Shown here in pieces: positions 24,970-34,851 of a DNA stretch of 64,000 nucleotides. Below the pieces are notes generated by a model. That model was not told the origin of the DNA and did no database searches. It saw nothing but the letters and a program-made list of their open reading frames with translations. Source of the stretch: an uncultured Pseudomonadota bacterium (lineage in GTDB: Bacteria; Pseudomonadota; Gammaproteobacteria; Steroidobacterales; Steroidobacteraceae); contig CADEED010000002.1 of NCBI GenBank assembly GCA_902826225.1, forward strand, positions 3,890 to 67,889, written 5' to 3'. The position numbers and the translations under genes are program-made. Every line of letters starts with the position of its first letter. Positions within the stretch are counted from its first letter, which is position 1.

Positions 24970-26074
24970 CGAGCGCTTCGATGAGCGTATCCACCTGGGA
25001 TTCCTCGTGCGCGGCGGACAGGGTGATGCGCAGGCGCGCCGTTCCGTCCGGCACCGTCGGCGGCCGGATCGCCGCGACGAGCAGTCCGCGCGCTTCGAGC
25101 TCGCGGCTCGCCCGCAGCGCCTGCGCCGAATCTCCGACGATGACGGGGACGATCGCCGAGACGCACTCGCCCGGCAGTCGCAGCGCGCGATGCACCTTGC
25201 GCGCGAGCGTCAACGCCTTCTCCCGCCGCCAGCTTTCGGCCTCGCTCACGCGCAGCGCCGCCCGCGTGGCGGCGGCCACCGCCGGCGGCAACGCCGTCGT
25301 GTAGATGTAGGTTCGCGAGGTCTGGATCAGGAGCTCGATGAGATCGGCGCTGCCCGCGACGAATGCGCCGAAGGTTCCGAAGCCCTTGCCGAACGTGCCA
25401 ACGAGGACCGGCACGTCGTCCTGATCGAGGCCGAAGTGTTCGCAACTGCCGCGACCGCGCGCACCCACGACGCCGAGCGCGTGCGCGTCGTCGACGACGA
25501 GCCAGGCGTTCGCATCCCGTGCCGCGCGCGCGAGCCCGGGCAGTGGCGCGAGGTCGCCATCCATGCTGAACACACCGTCCGTGATGACGAGCTTCGTGGC
25601 GCCGTCCGCGCCGGCCAGGCGCTCCGCGGCATGGGCCACATCGCCGTGCGCGAACCGCAGTGAGTCCGCGCGCGCGAGCCGGCAGCCGTCGATCAGTGAT
25701 GCGTGATTGAGCTTGTCCGAGACGAGGACGCTCTTTTGGTCCACCAGCGCGCCAATCACGCCCAGGTTGGCCATGTAGCCGGTCGAGTACACCAACGCCC
25801 GCTCGCGCCCCGTGAACGCCGCCAGCTCGGCTTCGAGCGCCTCGTGCTCGATGCCGTGGCCCGTGACCAGATGCGACGCGCCGCTGCCCACGCCGTATTT
25901 CTCCGCGGCCGCGACGAACGCACGCACCACCTCGGGATGGGTCGAAAGACCGAGGTAATCGTTGCTGCAGAAGTTGACGAGGTCCGCGCGCGGCATGACC
26001 CGCCGCGTGCGTTTGAGGTCGCGCTGCTCGAGGTCGGCGAGCGCCGCCTTCAGCGCTGCCGGGTCGCGCTGCAT
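24953..26074 (-). CDS. bioF: 8-amino-7-oxononanoate synthase
   Basis: Start at Met66 of ORF 24953..26269 (MQRDPAAL...). [14 protein letters not shown] and TFGKGFG (PLP lysine) motifs. Confidence 0.9.
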   Translation of the reverse strand: MQRDPAALKAALADLEQRDLKRTRRVMPRADLVNFCSNDYLGLSTHPEVVRAFVAAAEKYGVGSGASHLVTGHGIEHEALEAELAAFTGRERALVYSTGYMANLGVIGALVDQKSVLVSDKLNHASLIDGCRLARADSLRFAHGDVAHAAERLAGADGATKLVITDGVFSMDGDLAPLPGLARAARDANAWLVVDDAHALGVVGARGRGSCEHFGLDQDDVPVLVGTFGKGFGTFGAFVAGSADLIELLIQTSRTYIYTTALPPAVAAATRAALRVSEAESWRREKALTLARKVHRALRLPGECVSAIVPVIVGDSAQALRASRELEARGLLVAAIRPPTVPDGTARLRITLSAAHEESQVDTLIEALGELRG

Positions 26075-27105
26075 GCGGCCATCGGTCGCGCCGGTGCGCG
26101 CCCGTGCGGCTCGGACGGTTCGCTCGCTCGCGCGGCGGCGACCGCCGGCGGCACGAGGGGCTGGATGCCGAGACGCGAGAGCAGCGCGCGATCGCGTTCG
26201 ACGTCCGGGTTTCCGGTCGTGAGCAGCTTCTCGCCGTAGAAGATCGAATTCGCACCCGCGAGGAAGCACAGCGATTGAAGCTCGTCGCTCATGGATTCGC
26301 GCCCCGCCGAGAGTCGCACCGACGCTTTCGGCATGACGATGCGCGCGACGGCAATCGTGCGCACGAAGTCGAACGGATCGACTTCCTTCTCGCCGGCGAG
26401 CGGCGTGCCGGGCACGCGCACGAGCTGGTTGATCGGCACGCTCTCGGGATGCTCGGGAAGATTGGCGAGCGTCGCGAGCATCGAGGCGCGATCGGTCTGC
26501 GTCTCGCCCATGCCGACGATGCCGCCGCAGCAGACGTTGAGCCCGGCGTCGCGCACCGCGGCGAGCGTGTCGAGGCGATCCTGGTAGGTGCGCGTCGTGA
26601 TGATCTCGCCGTAGAACTCGGGCGAGGTGTCGACGTTGTGATTGTAGAAGTCGAGGCCGGCGTCCTTGAGCTCACGCGCCTGATCCGGGGTGAGCATGCC
26701 CAGCGTGGCGCACGTCTCCATGCCGAGCGCACGCACCTCGCGGATCATCGCGGCGACGGCTTCGACGTCGCGCTTCTTCGGGCTGCGCCACGCGGCGCCC
26801 ATGCAGAAGCGCGTGGCGCCGGCGTCTTTCGCCGCGCGCGCGCGCGTGCGGACTTCGTCGAGCGGCACGAGCGTCTCGCGCTCGAGTCCGGTGTCGTAGC
26901 GGACGCTTTGCGGGCAGTACGCGCAGTCCTCGGGGCAGGCGCCGGTCTTGATCGACAGCAGCGTGCTCATCTGGACGGCGTTGTGCGGCTGGTTCGCGCG
27001 GTGCACCGACTGCGCCTGGAACATCAGATCGGAGAACGGCTGGGCGAACAGCGCCTCGATCTCGGCGACGGTCCAGTCGTGTCGCACCTGGTTGAGCTTA
27101 TCCAT
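26050..27105 (-). CDS. bioB: biotin synthase
   Basis: Start [11 protein letters not shown] at 27105. Radical [13 protein letters not shown] motif. The 3' end overlaps bioF by 25 nt. Confidence 0.92.
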   Translation of the reverse strand: MDKLNQVRHDWTVAEIEALFAQPFSDLMFQAQSVHRANQPHNAVQMSTLLSIKTGACPEDCAYCPQSVRYDTGLERETLVPLDEVRTRARAAKDAGATRFCMGAAWRSPKKRDVEAVAAMIREVRALGMETCATLGMLTPDQARELKDAGLDFYNHNVDTSPEFYGEIITTRTYQDRLDTLAAVRDAGLNVCCGGIVGMGETQTDRASMLATLANLPEHPESVPINQLVRVPGTPLAGEKEVDPFDFVRTIAVARIVMPKASVRLSAGRESMSDELQSLCFLAGANSIFYGEKLLTTGNPDVERDRALLSRLGIQPLVPPAVAAARASEPSEPHGRAPARPMAACSATRQR

Positions 27106-27180
27106 TCGACCTGCCTTAACTGTTGATTCAGATGAGTTTTTCGGCTGTTCGCGGCGCTCTCGCGCGGCGAAACTGGGGCC

Positions 27181-27873
27181 ATGTTCGGGAGCGAAGGGGT
27201 CATTGTCAACCGACTGCGCCGTCTCAGGTTGACGGTTCCGCAGGCGCTGTCGCGGGTGCTCGCCGCCACGGTGTTTCCACCGCGCTGCTGTCTGTGCGGC
27301 TTCGAGGGCGCGAGCCTCGATCTCGACTTGTGCAGCTTCTGCTTCGCGGATCTGCCGTGGTCGCCAGACGCGGATCGCGCGGGCGCGTTGCGTTTCGAGC
27401 CGCCGGTGGACGAGCTCATCCGCGAACTCAAATACCACGGGGTCTTCGCCCACGCGCGCGTGCTCGGAGTGCTGCTGGCGGAGTCGGTGCGCGAGCGCGG
27501 TGAGGCGTTGCCACGCCTGCTCGTGCCGGTGCCGCTGCATTCGGCGCGGCAGCGCGAGCGCGGTTTCAACCAGGCTTTCGCGATCGCGCGCTACGCGGGT
27601 CGGATCCTGGGCGTGCCGTTCGCTCGCGAGGCAGTCCGCAGGGTGCGCGATACGCCATCGCAAACCGAGCTCGACGTCTACGCGCGCCGCCGGAACATCA
27701 GCGGTGCGTTCGCCGTGGCTGGCCGGCGCGCGCAAGCGAGGTTGCAGGCGGCCGGGCACGTCGCCATCGTCGACGACGTCATCACCACCGGGAGCACGGT
27801 GGAAGAACTGCGGAGGGTGCTGCTCGGCGCGGGCGCCCGGCGAGTGGATGTCTGGGCCGTCGCGCGCGCGTGA
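27181..27873 (+). CDS. comF: ComF family protein (phosphoribosyltransferase domain)
   Basis: 230 aa; Cys-rich N-terminus (CCLCG...CSFC) and PRTase motif [14 protein letters not shown]. Confidence 0.8.
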   Translation: MFGSEGVIVNRLRRLRLTVPQALSRVLAATVFPPRCCLCGFEGASLDLDLCSFCFADLPWSPDADRAGALRFEPPVDELIRELKYHGVFAHARVLGVLLAESVRERGEALPRLLVPVPLHSARQRERGFNQAFAIARYAGRILGVPFAREAVRRVRDTPSQTELDVYARRRNISGAFAVAGRRAQARLQAAGHVAIVDDVITTGSTVEELRRVLLGAGARRVDVWAVARA

Positions 27874-27886
27874 GGCCGAAGACGCG

Positions 27887-28525
27887 TCAGGCCAGGCCGG
27901 CCTTCTTCAACGCCTCGAGCGGCGGACCGTCGAACTTCGACAGCGACACGTTGCCCGTGTATCCGATGTCCTTCATGCCGACGGGTGTGGTGTAGAACCC
28001 GCCTGCCGTGAGGTCACGGAACTTCGAAAAGAACTTCGCCGCGGTCGCGAATTCGGGCCGCGCATTCGCCGGCGAGCAGATGTCGTCCGCAATCTTCGCG
28101 CGCTGGGCTGCGGAGATGTCCGCGAATTTCTTCTTGAAGCGCTTCTGCGATTCCGCGTCGATCCACTCGAGGCCGGGCAGCACGATCGTGCGGTCCGCGC
28201 GCTGGTTCGGATACGGCGCGCTGATCCACTCGTCGATGAACTCCACGACGCCGACGGCGGAAGCCGCGGGCGACGCGTCATCGGCCGGGATGATGAGGTC
28301 GCAGAGCGCGGCGACCGTACGGCGTGCCGGCTCGCTCAGCGTGAGGGGCCACGGTCCGCCCGGCTTCCACACCTTCACGAGATCCGGATCCGTGCCATAA
28401 CCCGCCTGGCCAGCGGCGACTTCGCGCGCCAGCGGATCGCCAGTGGCACCGTAAGACAGGCCTTGCAACTGCGGCACCGAGGCCGCTGCCGCGAACATCC
28501 ACTTGATCGTCGTGCGGCGGTCCAT
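27887..28525 (-). CDS. gluconate 2-dehydrogenase subunit 3 family protein (Tat signal)
   Basis: Start [17 protein letters not shown] at 28525, overlapping the upstream stop (TGATG). The longer ORF to 29569 is an upstream extension into the GMC gene. Confidence 0.75.
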   Translation of the reverse strand: MDRRTTIKWMFAAAASVPQLQGLSYGATGDPLAREVAAGQAGYGTDPDLVKVWKPGGPWPLTLSEPARRTVAALCDLIIPADDASPAASAVGVVEFIDEWISAPYPNQRADRTIVLPGLEWIDAESQKRFKKKFADISAAQRAKIADDICSPANARPEFATAAKFFSKFRDLTAGGFYTTPVGMKDIGYTGNVSLSKFDGPPLEALKKAGLA

Positions 28526-30306
28526 CACAGCTCCTTTCTCTTCAGCTGGCGCAGCATCTCGTCCGACGCGCGCCAGGCAAGCGCCATGATCGTGAGCGTC
28601 GGGTTCTTGTCCGCGTTCGAGCAGAGCGTCGCGCCGTCGGTGATGAAGAGATTCTTCATGTCCCAGCACTGGCCGAAACTGTTCGTTACGGATTTCTTCG
28701 GGTCGTTGCCCATCATCGCGCCGCCGACCTCGTGAATGATCACGCCGCCCTGCTTGATCGCTTTCTCGCCCGACTGCGGTTTGCGCGAGTAGCGGCCGCC
28801 CATCGCGTCGAGGATCTCGGCGAACGTCTTCTCCATGTGCGCGGCCTGGCCGATTTCGTGCGCGGACCACTTCCAGTGGAAGCGCAGCACGGGAATGCCG
28901 AACCTGTCCTTCACGGTCGGATCGAGCTCGGCGTAGCAGTCGTCGTTGGGGATCATTTCGCCGCGGCCAGCCATGTAGAAGAACGAGCCGTAGTAACGGC
29001 GCGCGTCTTCCTTGAACTTCCTGCCGTAGTTGCCGCCGTTGAGCCATTCCATGCCAGCGGCCGTGCCCATGCCAGGCATCTTGCGGCCGCCGCCGAACTC
29101 GATGTGATAGCCGCGCGCGAATCCCAGCTTGCCGGCGAGCTGCTCCTGGTAGAGCCACCAGGGCGTGTAGAGGTGCAGGCCGTCGACGCCGTCCTCGTCT
29201 TGCAGCGGCATGTTCTCGAGCAGCGGCACCTGGCCACCCAGGCTCGCACCGACGGTGTCCATGATGTACTTGCCGACCTTGCCGCTCGAGTTGGCGACCT
29301 CGGAGTTCAGCAGGATGCGCACGGTCTCGAGCGCGCTCGCCGCGAGCACGACCACGCGCGCCTTTGCGCGATGTTCGTTGCCGGTCTTGCGGTCGATGTA
29401 GACGACGCCTTCGGCCTTGCCGTCGTTGCGGCGGATCACCGAGCGCACCATTGCATCGGTGACGATGTCGAGGTTGCCCGTGTCCATTGCCGGCGGCAGA
29501 TGGACGGTGGTCGACTGGTAATTGGCGCGAATCGAACAGCCGCGGCCACACGGCGTGGCGAAGATGCACGCCGAACGCTTCTGCATGTCCGCCGCGAGGA
29601 TGGCCTGGGCCTTCGCGTTGCCCGGGTGCAGCAGTTTCGGCAGCCGCGCGTGGTCGAGCCGCGTCGTGAGCACGGCGCGATGGCCGGCGATGGCGGGAAC
29701 GCCGAGCTTCGCGGCGTGCTTCTTGAAGAGGAGGTCCGATACGAGCGGCGCGGGCGGTGGCAGCAGCACGCCCTTCGGTGAGCGCGGCGTGTTCTCGAGA
29801 TCCTCGTCGCCGCCGTAGACGCCGATGAGCATCTCGACCTTGTCGTAGTAGGGCGCGAGATCCGCGTAGTCCATCGGCCAGTCGAAGCCGAGTCCGTCGC
29901 GCGTCTTCGGCTTGAAGTCGTAGCTGCCGTTGCGCAGCGAGATGCGGCCCCAGTGGTTAGTGCGGCCGCCCAGCATGCGTGCGCGCCACCACTGGAATTG
30001 CCGGGCGGGGTCGCTCGAGGCGCTGGTGTACGGCTCGCCCGGGACCTGCCAGCCGCCATCGATGGTCGCGTCCCAGAAGCCGAACGGCTTTTCCGGCGTG
30101 CCCGTGCCGCGCAGCGGCGCCTCGCCGGAGGTCTGCATCATCGGCGTCTCGATGGCCGGGTCGTATTTGCGGCCCGCTTCGAGCATGAGCACCTTCGCGC
30201 CGTCCATCGTGAGGGTATAGGCGGTCTGGCCGCCGCCCGCCCCCGAGCCGACGACGATTACGTCATATGCGTTCTTGTCCGCGGTGTTCGCGTCGATGAA
30301 TGCCAT
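28525..30306 (-). CDS. GMC family FAD-dependent oxidoreductase (dehydrogenase large subunit)
   Basis: Start MAFIDANTADKNAYDVIVVGSGAGGG at 30306, preceded by GGGGAG. GMC C-terminal motifs are present. Confidence 0.85.
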   Translation of the reverse strand: MAFIDANTADKNAYDVIVVGSGAGGGQTAYTLTMDGAKVLMLEAGRKYDPAIETPMMQTSGEAPLRGTGTPEKPFGFWDATIDGGWQVPGEPYTSASSDPARQFQWWRARMLGGRTNHWGRISLRNGSYDFKPKTRDGLGFDWPMDYADLAPYYDKVEMLIGVYGGDEDLENTPRSPKGVLLPPPAPLVSDLLFKKHAAKLGVPAIAGHRAVLTTRLDHARLPKLLHPGNAKAQAILAADMQKRSACIFATPCGRGCSIRANYQSTTVHLPPAMDTGNLDIVTDAMVRSVIRRNDGKAEGVVYIDRKTGNEHRAKARVVVLAASALETVRILLNSEVANSSGKVGKYIMDTVGASLGGQVPLLENMPLQDEDGVDGLHLYTPWWLYQEQLAGKLGFARGYHIEFGGGRKMPGMGTAAGMEWLNGGNYGRKFKEDARRYYGSFFYMAGRGEMIPNDDCYAELDPTVKDRFGIPVLRFHWKWSAHEIGQAAHMEKTFAEILDAMGGRYSRKPQSGEKAIKQGGVIIHEVGGAMMGNDPKKSVTNSFGQCWDMKNLFITDGATLCSNADKNPTLTIMALAWRASDEMLRQLKRKEL

Positions 30307-30435
30307 GATCTCCCCTGCGCGACGAAGTGCCCAAGAATACGCGATGACGGGCGCGGTGCCGCCCGCGCTCATAGCCCCAAGCTATATGACCGTCCGGTAC
30401 CCTCCCGGCTCGGCTCGACAACCATACAACGACCC

Positions 30436-31470
30436 GTGAGCGCAGGATTTTCACGTCGCACCATTCTGAAAAGCGCCATGGCTTCCGTCGTGCCGTTCGT
30501 GCTCCCGGGCTGCTCGGGCGGCGCGAACGACGGCGGGCCCGAGCCGCTCGTGGTCGGCGGCCTGCCGGTGACCTGCAATCTGACTCTCCCCGTCGCGTGC
30601 GTCGGCAAGGACAGCGCGATCAAGGCAGGCCACGCGACGAACGATTTCCGTTTCGAGTACAGCAAATACTCGGGCTGGCCCGAGATCAAGGAATCGCTGA
30701 TGGCGGGACGCATCCAGGCCGGCTACATGCTCGCGCCGCTGGTGATGGACCTCGCCGACAAGAAGATCCCCGTGAAAATCGTGTCGCTCGGCCATCGATC
30801 GGGCGCCGTCATCATGGTGCGCCAGGATTCCTCGTACCAGAAGTTCTCGGATTTGCGTGGTAAACGCATCGCGATCCCGAGCCGCTTCGCCGTCGACTTC
30901 CTGTTCCTGCGCAAGATGCTCACGCGCGAGAACATGACGCCGAAGGACATCGAGATCGTCGAGATGCCGCCGCCCGACATGCCGGCCGCGCTGTACGCGA
31001 ACGCGGTCGATGCGTACTGCACGGGCGAGCCCTTCGGCGCCGCCGCGCAGAGTGCGGGCTACGCGCGCGTGTTGCGCATGACGCGCGACGAGTGGCGCAA
31101 CTACATCTGCTGCTGTCTCACGGTGCGCGAAGAACTCATCCAGTCGAAGCCCGAAATGGTGCAGGACCTCGTGAACCAGGTGCTCGGCGCCGGCCAGTGG
31201 CTCGACCAGAAGCAGGCCAACCGCGACACGGCGGTGCAGATCGCGGCCGGCAAGAGGTTTTTCAACCAGGATCCCAGGATCTTGAGGTTCGTCATGGAGA
31301 ACCCGACGGACCGCGTGACGTACGGCGACCTGCGCATGATCCGCGACGAATTCGAAGAGCTCATGCAGCTTTCGATCGAGGCCGGCACGATCAAGCACCC
31401 GATCGCGTACGAGAGGTACATGGAAGAGAGGTTCACGAAGGCGGCCGTCGGCGCGAGCATTCCCCTGTGA
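30436..31470 (+). CDS. ABC transporter substrate-binding protein, NitT/TauT (NMT1-like) family, Tat/lipoprotein-type signal
   Basis: GTG start giving (M)SAGFSRRTILKSAMASVVPFVLPGCSG. The body resembles nitrate/sulfonate/bicarbonate binding proteins. Confidence 0.75.
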   Translation: MSAGFSRRTILKSAMASVVPFVLPGCSGGANDGGPEPLVVGGLPVTCNLTLPVACVGKDSAIKAGHATNDFRFEYSKYSGWPEIKESLMAGRIQAGYMLAPLVMDLADKKIPVKIVSLGHRSGAVIMVRQDSSYQKFSDLRGKRIAIPSRFAVDFLFLRKMLTRENMTPKDIEIVEMPPPDMPAALYANAVDAYCTGEPFGAAAQSAGYARVLRMTRDEWRNYICCCLTVREELIQSKPEMVQDLVNQVLGAGQWLDQKQANRDTAVQIAAGKRFFNQDPRILRFVMENPTDRVTYGDLRMIRDEFEELMQLSIEAGTIKHPIAYERYMEERFTKAAVGASIPL

Positions 31471-31475
31471 AGCGC

Positions 31476-32066
31476 ATGCTCACGGTCATGTTGTTGGCCG
31501 CCTTCGCGGGCGCGGCGGAGCCGCCGAAGCTGGCCGCGCCGCCTGGCGACCTCTTCAAGGCGGGGACGCTGAGCCCGGTGATGCCGGCGCCCGCGCTGGA
31601 GCTGCAGGGCACCGACGGCAAACCGATCGACCTCGCGCGCTACGAGGGCAAGGTCGTGCTCGTGGCCTTCGGCTTCAGCAACTGCGGCGAGGTGTGCCCG
31701 ATCACACTTGCGACGCTGGCGGGTGCGCGGAAGAAACTGGCGCCCGCGGAAGCCGCGGACGTCCAGGTGTTGTACGTCACGGTCGATCCCGAGCGCGACA
31801 CCGAAGCGCAGATGAAGCGATACCTCGCGACGTTCGATCCCACTTTCATCGGGGGTGTAGGCACTCGCGCGCAGATCGACGCGGCGCAGAAGAACTGGGG
31901 CATCTCGTCGACGAAGAACGTGAACGCCGACGGGAGCCATACGATCGGCCACTCGTCATCGATCTACCTGATCGATCGGCAGGGCGGCCTGCGTGCGGTC
32001 ATGCCCTATGGACACCCCAGCGACGATTTCGTGCACGATCTCAAGATCCTGCTGCGTGGTCGATGA
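31476..32066 (+). CDS. SCO/SenC family copper chaperone / thiol-disulfide oxidoreductase
   Basis: MLTVMLLAAFAGA signal; FGFSNCGEVCP (CxxxC) and a downstream HSSSIYLID His motif. A GTG at 31467 is an alternative start. Confidence 0.8.
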   Translation: MLTVMLLAAFAGAAEPPKLAAPPGDLFKAGTLSPVMPAPALELQGTDGKPIDLARYEGKVVLVAFGFSNCGEVCPITLATLAGARKKLAPAEAADVQVLYVTVDPERDTEAQMKRYLATFDPTFIGGVGTRAQIDAAQKNWGISSTKNVNADGSHTIGHSSSIYLIDRQGGLRAVMPYGHPSDDFVHDLKILLRGR

Positions 32067-32470
32067 AGCCGGCATGGCTATGGTCGTTGCCCGTCCTGGC
32101 AGCTGCCGGCTGGGCGTCGTTCGCGCCGATCCAAAGGGCTTCTCGCGAACACGTGTTCGAGATCCCCAAGGGCACGTATGCGCGACGCATGGCGGGCGAC
32201 AAGGTGGAAATCCTCCCGTCGAAGATCACGCTGACGCTCGGCCTCGACGACGTGCTGCTGCTGCGCAACCTCGATGACGTGCCGCAGGTCTTCGGTCCGA
32301 CGATCATGATGCCCGGGCAGAGTTTCCGGCTGCCATTCGATCGGGTCTCGGAGAACCAGTTTACCTGCACGGCGCACGCGAGCGGACAGATGACGGTGCT
32401 CGTGGAGGCCGAACCGGTCTGGCCGTGGCAGAAGCTCCGCTGGCGTTTGCGCCAGTGGCTGGAGAAATAG
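32063..32470 (+). CDS. exported cupredoxin-like small protein
   Basis: 135 aa. ATGA overlap with the SCO gene. Signal MKPAWLWSLPVLAAAGWA. FTCTAHASGQMTV has Cys-x2-His-x4-Met at plastocyanin spacing. Confidence 0.55.
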   Translation: MKPAWLWSLPVLAAAGWASFAPIQRASREHVFEIPKGTYARRMAGDKVEILPSKITLTLGLDDVLLLRNLDDVPQVFGPTIMMPGQSFRLPFDRVSENQFTCTAHASGQMTVLVEAEPVWPWQKLRWRLRQWLEK

Positions 32471-32475
32471 CGCGA

Positions 32476-33234
32476 ATGAATCGACTCGCCAGAGCGCTGT
32501 CTTCAATCGGCGTGATTGCGGGGGTCGTCGCGCTCTGGTGGGCGATCGTCGTCTGGACGCAGAGCGCGATATTTCCCACGCCGTGGCAGGTGGTCACCGG
32601 CACGCTCGAACTCGCGGAAGACGGCACGCTGTGGGAGCACATCGGCGCGTCGCTCATGCGCGTCGGCATCGGCTTCGGCATCGCCGTGCTGTTGGCGATT
32701 CCGCTCGGCCTGTGGATGGGCCGCGTGCGCGGCGCGTTCGTCACGCTGAACCCGATCTTCCAGATCCTGCGGCCGATTTCCCCGATCGCCTGGATTCCCA
32801 TCGCGATCCTGTGGTTCGGCGTAGGCAATGCGTCGCCTATCTACCTGATCTTCATCGCGTCCGTCTTCCCGATGATCGTGCAGACGACCGCGGGAGTGCA
32901 CACCATCGAGAAGCGCTACCTGCGCGCCGCGGAGAACTTCGGCGTGCCGCGCGACAAGCTGTTCCGCAAGGTGATATTCCCTGCGGCGCTGCCCGACATC
33001 ATCGTCGGCATGCGCATCGGGCTCGGCGTCGCGTGGCTGGTGGTCGTGGCGGCGGAGATGATCGCGCTGCGCTCGGGCCTCGGCTACATGATCATCGACT
33101 CGCGCAACGCGGGAAATCGCTACGACCTCGTGATCGCCGGGATGATCATCATCGGCCTGATCGGTCTCGGGCTCGACGGGATCATGCGTTTGCTCGAGAG
33201 CATGAAGAACGTGCGGTGGCGCTATGTCCACTGA
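32476..33234 (+). CDS. ABC transporter permease (NitT/TauT family)
   Basis: Start MNRLARALSS (Met18 of ORF 32425..33234); six TM segments; EAA-like loop ...NFGVPRDKLFRKVIFPAALP. Confidence 0.85.
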   Translation: MNRLARALSSIGVIAGVVALWWAIVVWTQSAIFPTPWQVVTGTLELAEDGTLWEHIGASLMRVGIGFGIAVLLAIPLGLWMGRVRGAFVTLNPIFQILRPISPIAWIPIAILWFGVGNASPIYLIFIASVFPMIVQTTAGVHTIEKRYLRAAENFGVPRDKLFRKVIFPAALPDIIVGMRIGLGVAWLVVVAAEMIALRSGLGYMIIDSRNAGNRYDLVIAGMIIIGLIGLGLDGIMRLLESMKNVRWRYVH

Positions 33235-34018
33235 CGCGCCAGAAGTCGCGATGTCGATTGCCTCGCCGATGACCGCGAAAATCAGGATCGACAAGGTCGT
33301 GAAGGGTTTCCCGACGCAGAAAGGCCGGCTCGACGTCATTTCCGGACTGGACTTCGAAGTGCGCGACGGCGAATTCGTCGCGATCGTCGGCCCCTCGGGC
33401 TGCGGCAAGACCACGCTCATGAACATCATCGCGGGTTTCCTCGCGCCGGATGCGGGCAACGTGCTGGTCGACGGCAAGCCGCGCCTCGAGCCGGATCGCA
33501 ATGGCGTGCTCATCACGCAGCAAGGCTCCGTCTTCCCGTGGCTCACGGTGAAGCAGAACCTGCTGTTCGGTCTGCCCGATGAAATGCCGAACCGCGAGGC
33601 GCTCGCGGACGAGTACGCGGATCTCGTCGGACTCGAGGGCTTCGAGAACAACTATCCACACGAACTGTCGGGCGGCATGCTCAAGCGCGCCGAGATCGCG
33701 CGCGCGCTGGTCGTCAAACCGCAGATTCTCTACATGGACGAGCCGTTCTCGGCGCTCGACGCGTTGATGAGCCTGCGCATGCAGAACGAGCTGCTGCGCA
33801 TCCTCGCGAAGGAGAAGCACACCGTCATGCTGATCACGCACGACGTGGAGGAAGCGATCCACCTGGCGGACCGCATTCTCGTGCTGAGCCCGCGGCCCGC
33901 GCGGATCCAGGCGTCTTTCGACGTGTCGCTGCCGCACCCGCGCCGGGTCTCCAGCCCGGAGGCACAGGCGTTGCGAGTGAGCATCCTGCGTGAGCTCGGC
34001 GTGGAGCTCGCCGTCTGA
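33224..34018 (+). CDS. ABC transporter ATP-binding protein
   Basis: Walker A GPSGCGKTT, signature LSGGMLKR, Walker B ILYMDEP. Confidence 0.9.
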   Translation: MSTDAPEVAMSIASPMTAKIRIDKVVKGFPTQKGRLDVISGLDFEVRDGEFVAIVGPSGCGKTTLMNIIAGFLAPDAGNVLVDGKPRLEPDRNGVLITQQGSVFPWLTVKQNLLFGLPDEMPNREALADEYADLVGLEGFENNYPHELSGGMLKRAEIARALVVKPQILYMDEPFSALDALMSLRMQNELLRILAKEKHTVMLITHDVEEAIHLADRILVLSPRPARIQASFDVSLPHPRRVSSPEAQALRVSILRELGVELAV

Positions 34019-34061
34019 GGACGCGGGCTCGAATGCGGCGCCGACGTGCTAGCGTACCGGC

Positions 34062-34760
34062 ATGTCCGGCATCAATCTCACGCAGTCCCTCGTGCAGAAG
34101 CTCGGCTCGTCCATCGTGCGGGGTGAGCTGCCGGCGGGAAAATCGCTGCCCATCGAAGCGGAGCTCGGCAAGCAGTTCGGCGCGAGCCGGACCGTCATGC
34201 GCGAGGCCGTGAAGATCCTCTCGACGAAGGGGTTGATCGGGCAGCGGCCGCGCGTGGGCACATACGTGCACCCCGAGGACAAATGGGACCTGCTGGATGC
34301 CGAGGTGCTCACCTGGATCCTCGACCGGCACTTCTCGCACAGCCTCGTGCGCGAGTTTCTCGAGGTGCGCATCGGCATCGAGCCCGCGGCCGCGGCGCTC
34401 GCCGCCACGAACGCGACGCCCGCCGACAAGGAACTCCTGCGTCAGCGGCTCGAGAACATGCACGGCGCGATGAGCGGGCATTTCGATCCGGTCGCCGCCG
34501 ATATCGCGTTCCACGCCACGATCCTCGAGATCAGCCACAACCGCTTCTACCACCAGCTGACGCCCATCGTCGAAACGGCGCTGCGCTTCTCCATCCGCCT
34601 GACCAACCAGGCGAAAGGCGCATTGGCCGACTACGACGCCCACGAAAAGGTCTACCGCGCCATCAAGAGCGGGAACGCCGCCGCCGCCGCTGAGGCCTGT
34701 CGCGACCTCATCAAGGAAGCTCTGATGCTCGTGATGCGCAGTGACGAGGGGCGCGAATGA
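34062..34760 (+). CDS. GntR/FadR family transcriptional regulator (DgoR-like by context)
   Basis: 232 aa with an N-terminal winged HTH (LPIEAELGKQFGASRTVMREAVKILSTKGLI) and an FCD-type C-terminal domain. Confidence 0.8.
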   Translation: MSGINLTQSLVQKLGSSIVRGELPAGKSLPIEAELGKQFGASRTVMREAVKILSTKGLIGQRPRVGTYVHPEDKWDLLDAEVLTWILDRHFSHSLVREFLEVRIGIEPAAAALAATNATPADKELLRQRLENMHGAMSGHFDPVAADIAFHATILEISHNRFYHQLTPIVETALRFSIRLTNQAKGALADYDAHEKVYRAIKSGNAAAAAEACRDLIKEALMLVMRSDEGRE

Positions 34761-34782
34761 CGACGACCTTTCGCGTCATCCG

Positions 34783-34823
34783 TTGACGGATCGGGACGTC
34801 GGCGTGTATTTATACTATAAATA
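34783..34823 (+). promoter_or_regulatory. candidate promoter (TTGACG-N18-TATTTA) overlapped by a perfect 17-bp palindrome, TATTTATAcTATAAATA, as operator candidate
   Basis: Palindrome at 34807-34823, 29 nt upstream of the ATG at 34852 and directly downstream of the GntR-family gene. Confidence 0.4.
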
Positions 34824-34851
34824 GGACAGGCCAGCGCCCGCGGGGGAATCC

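Noticed and set aside
2374-30372. N-terminally extended versions of ORFs in the six-frame track. Examples: 2374, 15429, 23399-24580, 24953-26269, 26050-27759, 27887-29569, 29953, 31092, 31694, 35031, 38958-40682, 43741-44298, 48638 and 49668.
   Set aside because: The extensions overlap the neighbouring gene or are Arg/Pro-rich with no homology. An internal start gives a canonical N-terminus (signal peptide, P-loop or similar) and the typical 1-4 nt overlap with the upstream stop.
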